A DNA stretch of 64,000 nt, taken from positions 744,001 through 808,000 of the forward strand of contig NW_027271522.1 in assembly GCF_040938485.1 (NCBI RefSeq), read 5' to 3'. The position numbers and the translations under genes are program-made. The notes under the pieces were generated by a model. That model was not told where the DNA came from. It saw only the letters and a list, made by a program, of their open reading frames with translations, and did no database searches. Source of the stretch: Diadema antillarum (Eukaryota). Positions 63,791 to 64,000 of this stretch are shown piece after piece; position 1 is the stretch's first letter; the number at the start of each line of letters is the position of its first letter.

Positions 63791-64000
63791 GCGTCCCTCA
63801 GGGTATAGTATAGGTTTTCCCGGCCAATTTCGCACTTTTGTCAGTCCAATTCCTAATTGCTGCATTCAATTTAGCAAACTGTAGCGTAGATGACATGTTC
63901 GGTGTTTCAGTTTAATGAACTTTTCATTCAAATTCATTTTGAAGCATTCAAATTACCCTTAGCCTCATTCTAATCAACACTTTTTTCAATCAAAATTCGT

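Overview
AT-rich animal genomic DNA, most likely an echinoderm such as a sea urchin (inferred from tandem SRCR receptor genes, repeat content and introns). The left part is one 26.3-kb Kolobok-type DNA transposon (854-27116, TTAA on both sides). It is inserted into a dead CR1-like LINE whose reverse-transcriptase reading frame can be rejoined across the empty site. The element carries two convergent, spliced, apparently intact genes. One is a THAP zinc finger + DDE transposase (+, about 825 aa, six predicted exons, three of them duplicated 60-63 bp mini-exons). The other is a KolX / P2X7-ballast-like Cys-rich protein (-, 191 aa, two exons). Between their 3' ends lie a tandem array copied from the transposase's own catalytic-Glu segment and a possible decayed Mab-21/cGAS-like sequence. 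The right part holds two tandem minus-strand SRCR scavenger-receptor paralogs. Gene A (59984-38841) is complete: signal peptide, 6 SRCR domains, TM segment and a PPxY tail, 815 aa. Gene B (from 32708 downward) shows a signal peptide and 2 SRCR exons; its next intron appears to contain the Kolobok. Introns hold many MITEs, Helentron-type elements, SINEs and LINE fragments. All exon models and family assignments were made by eye; no database searches were run.
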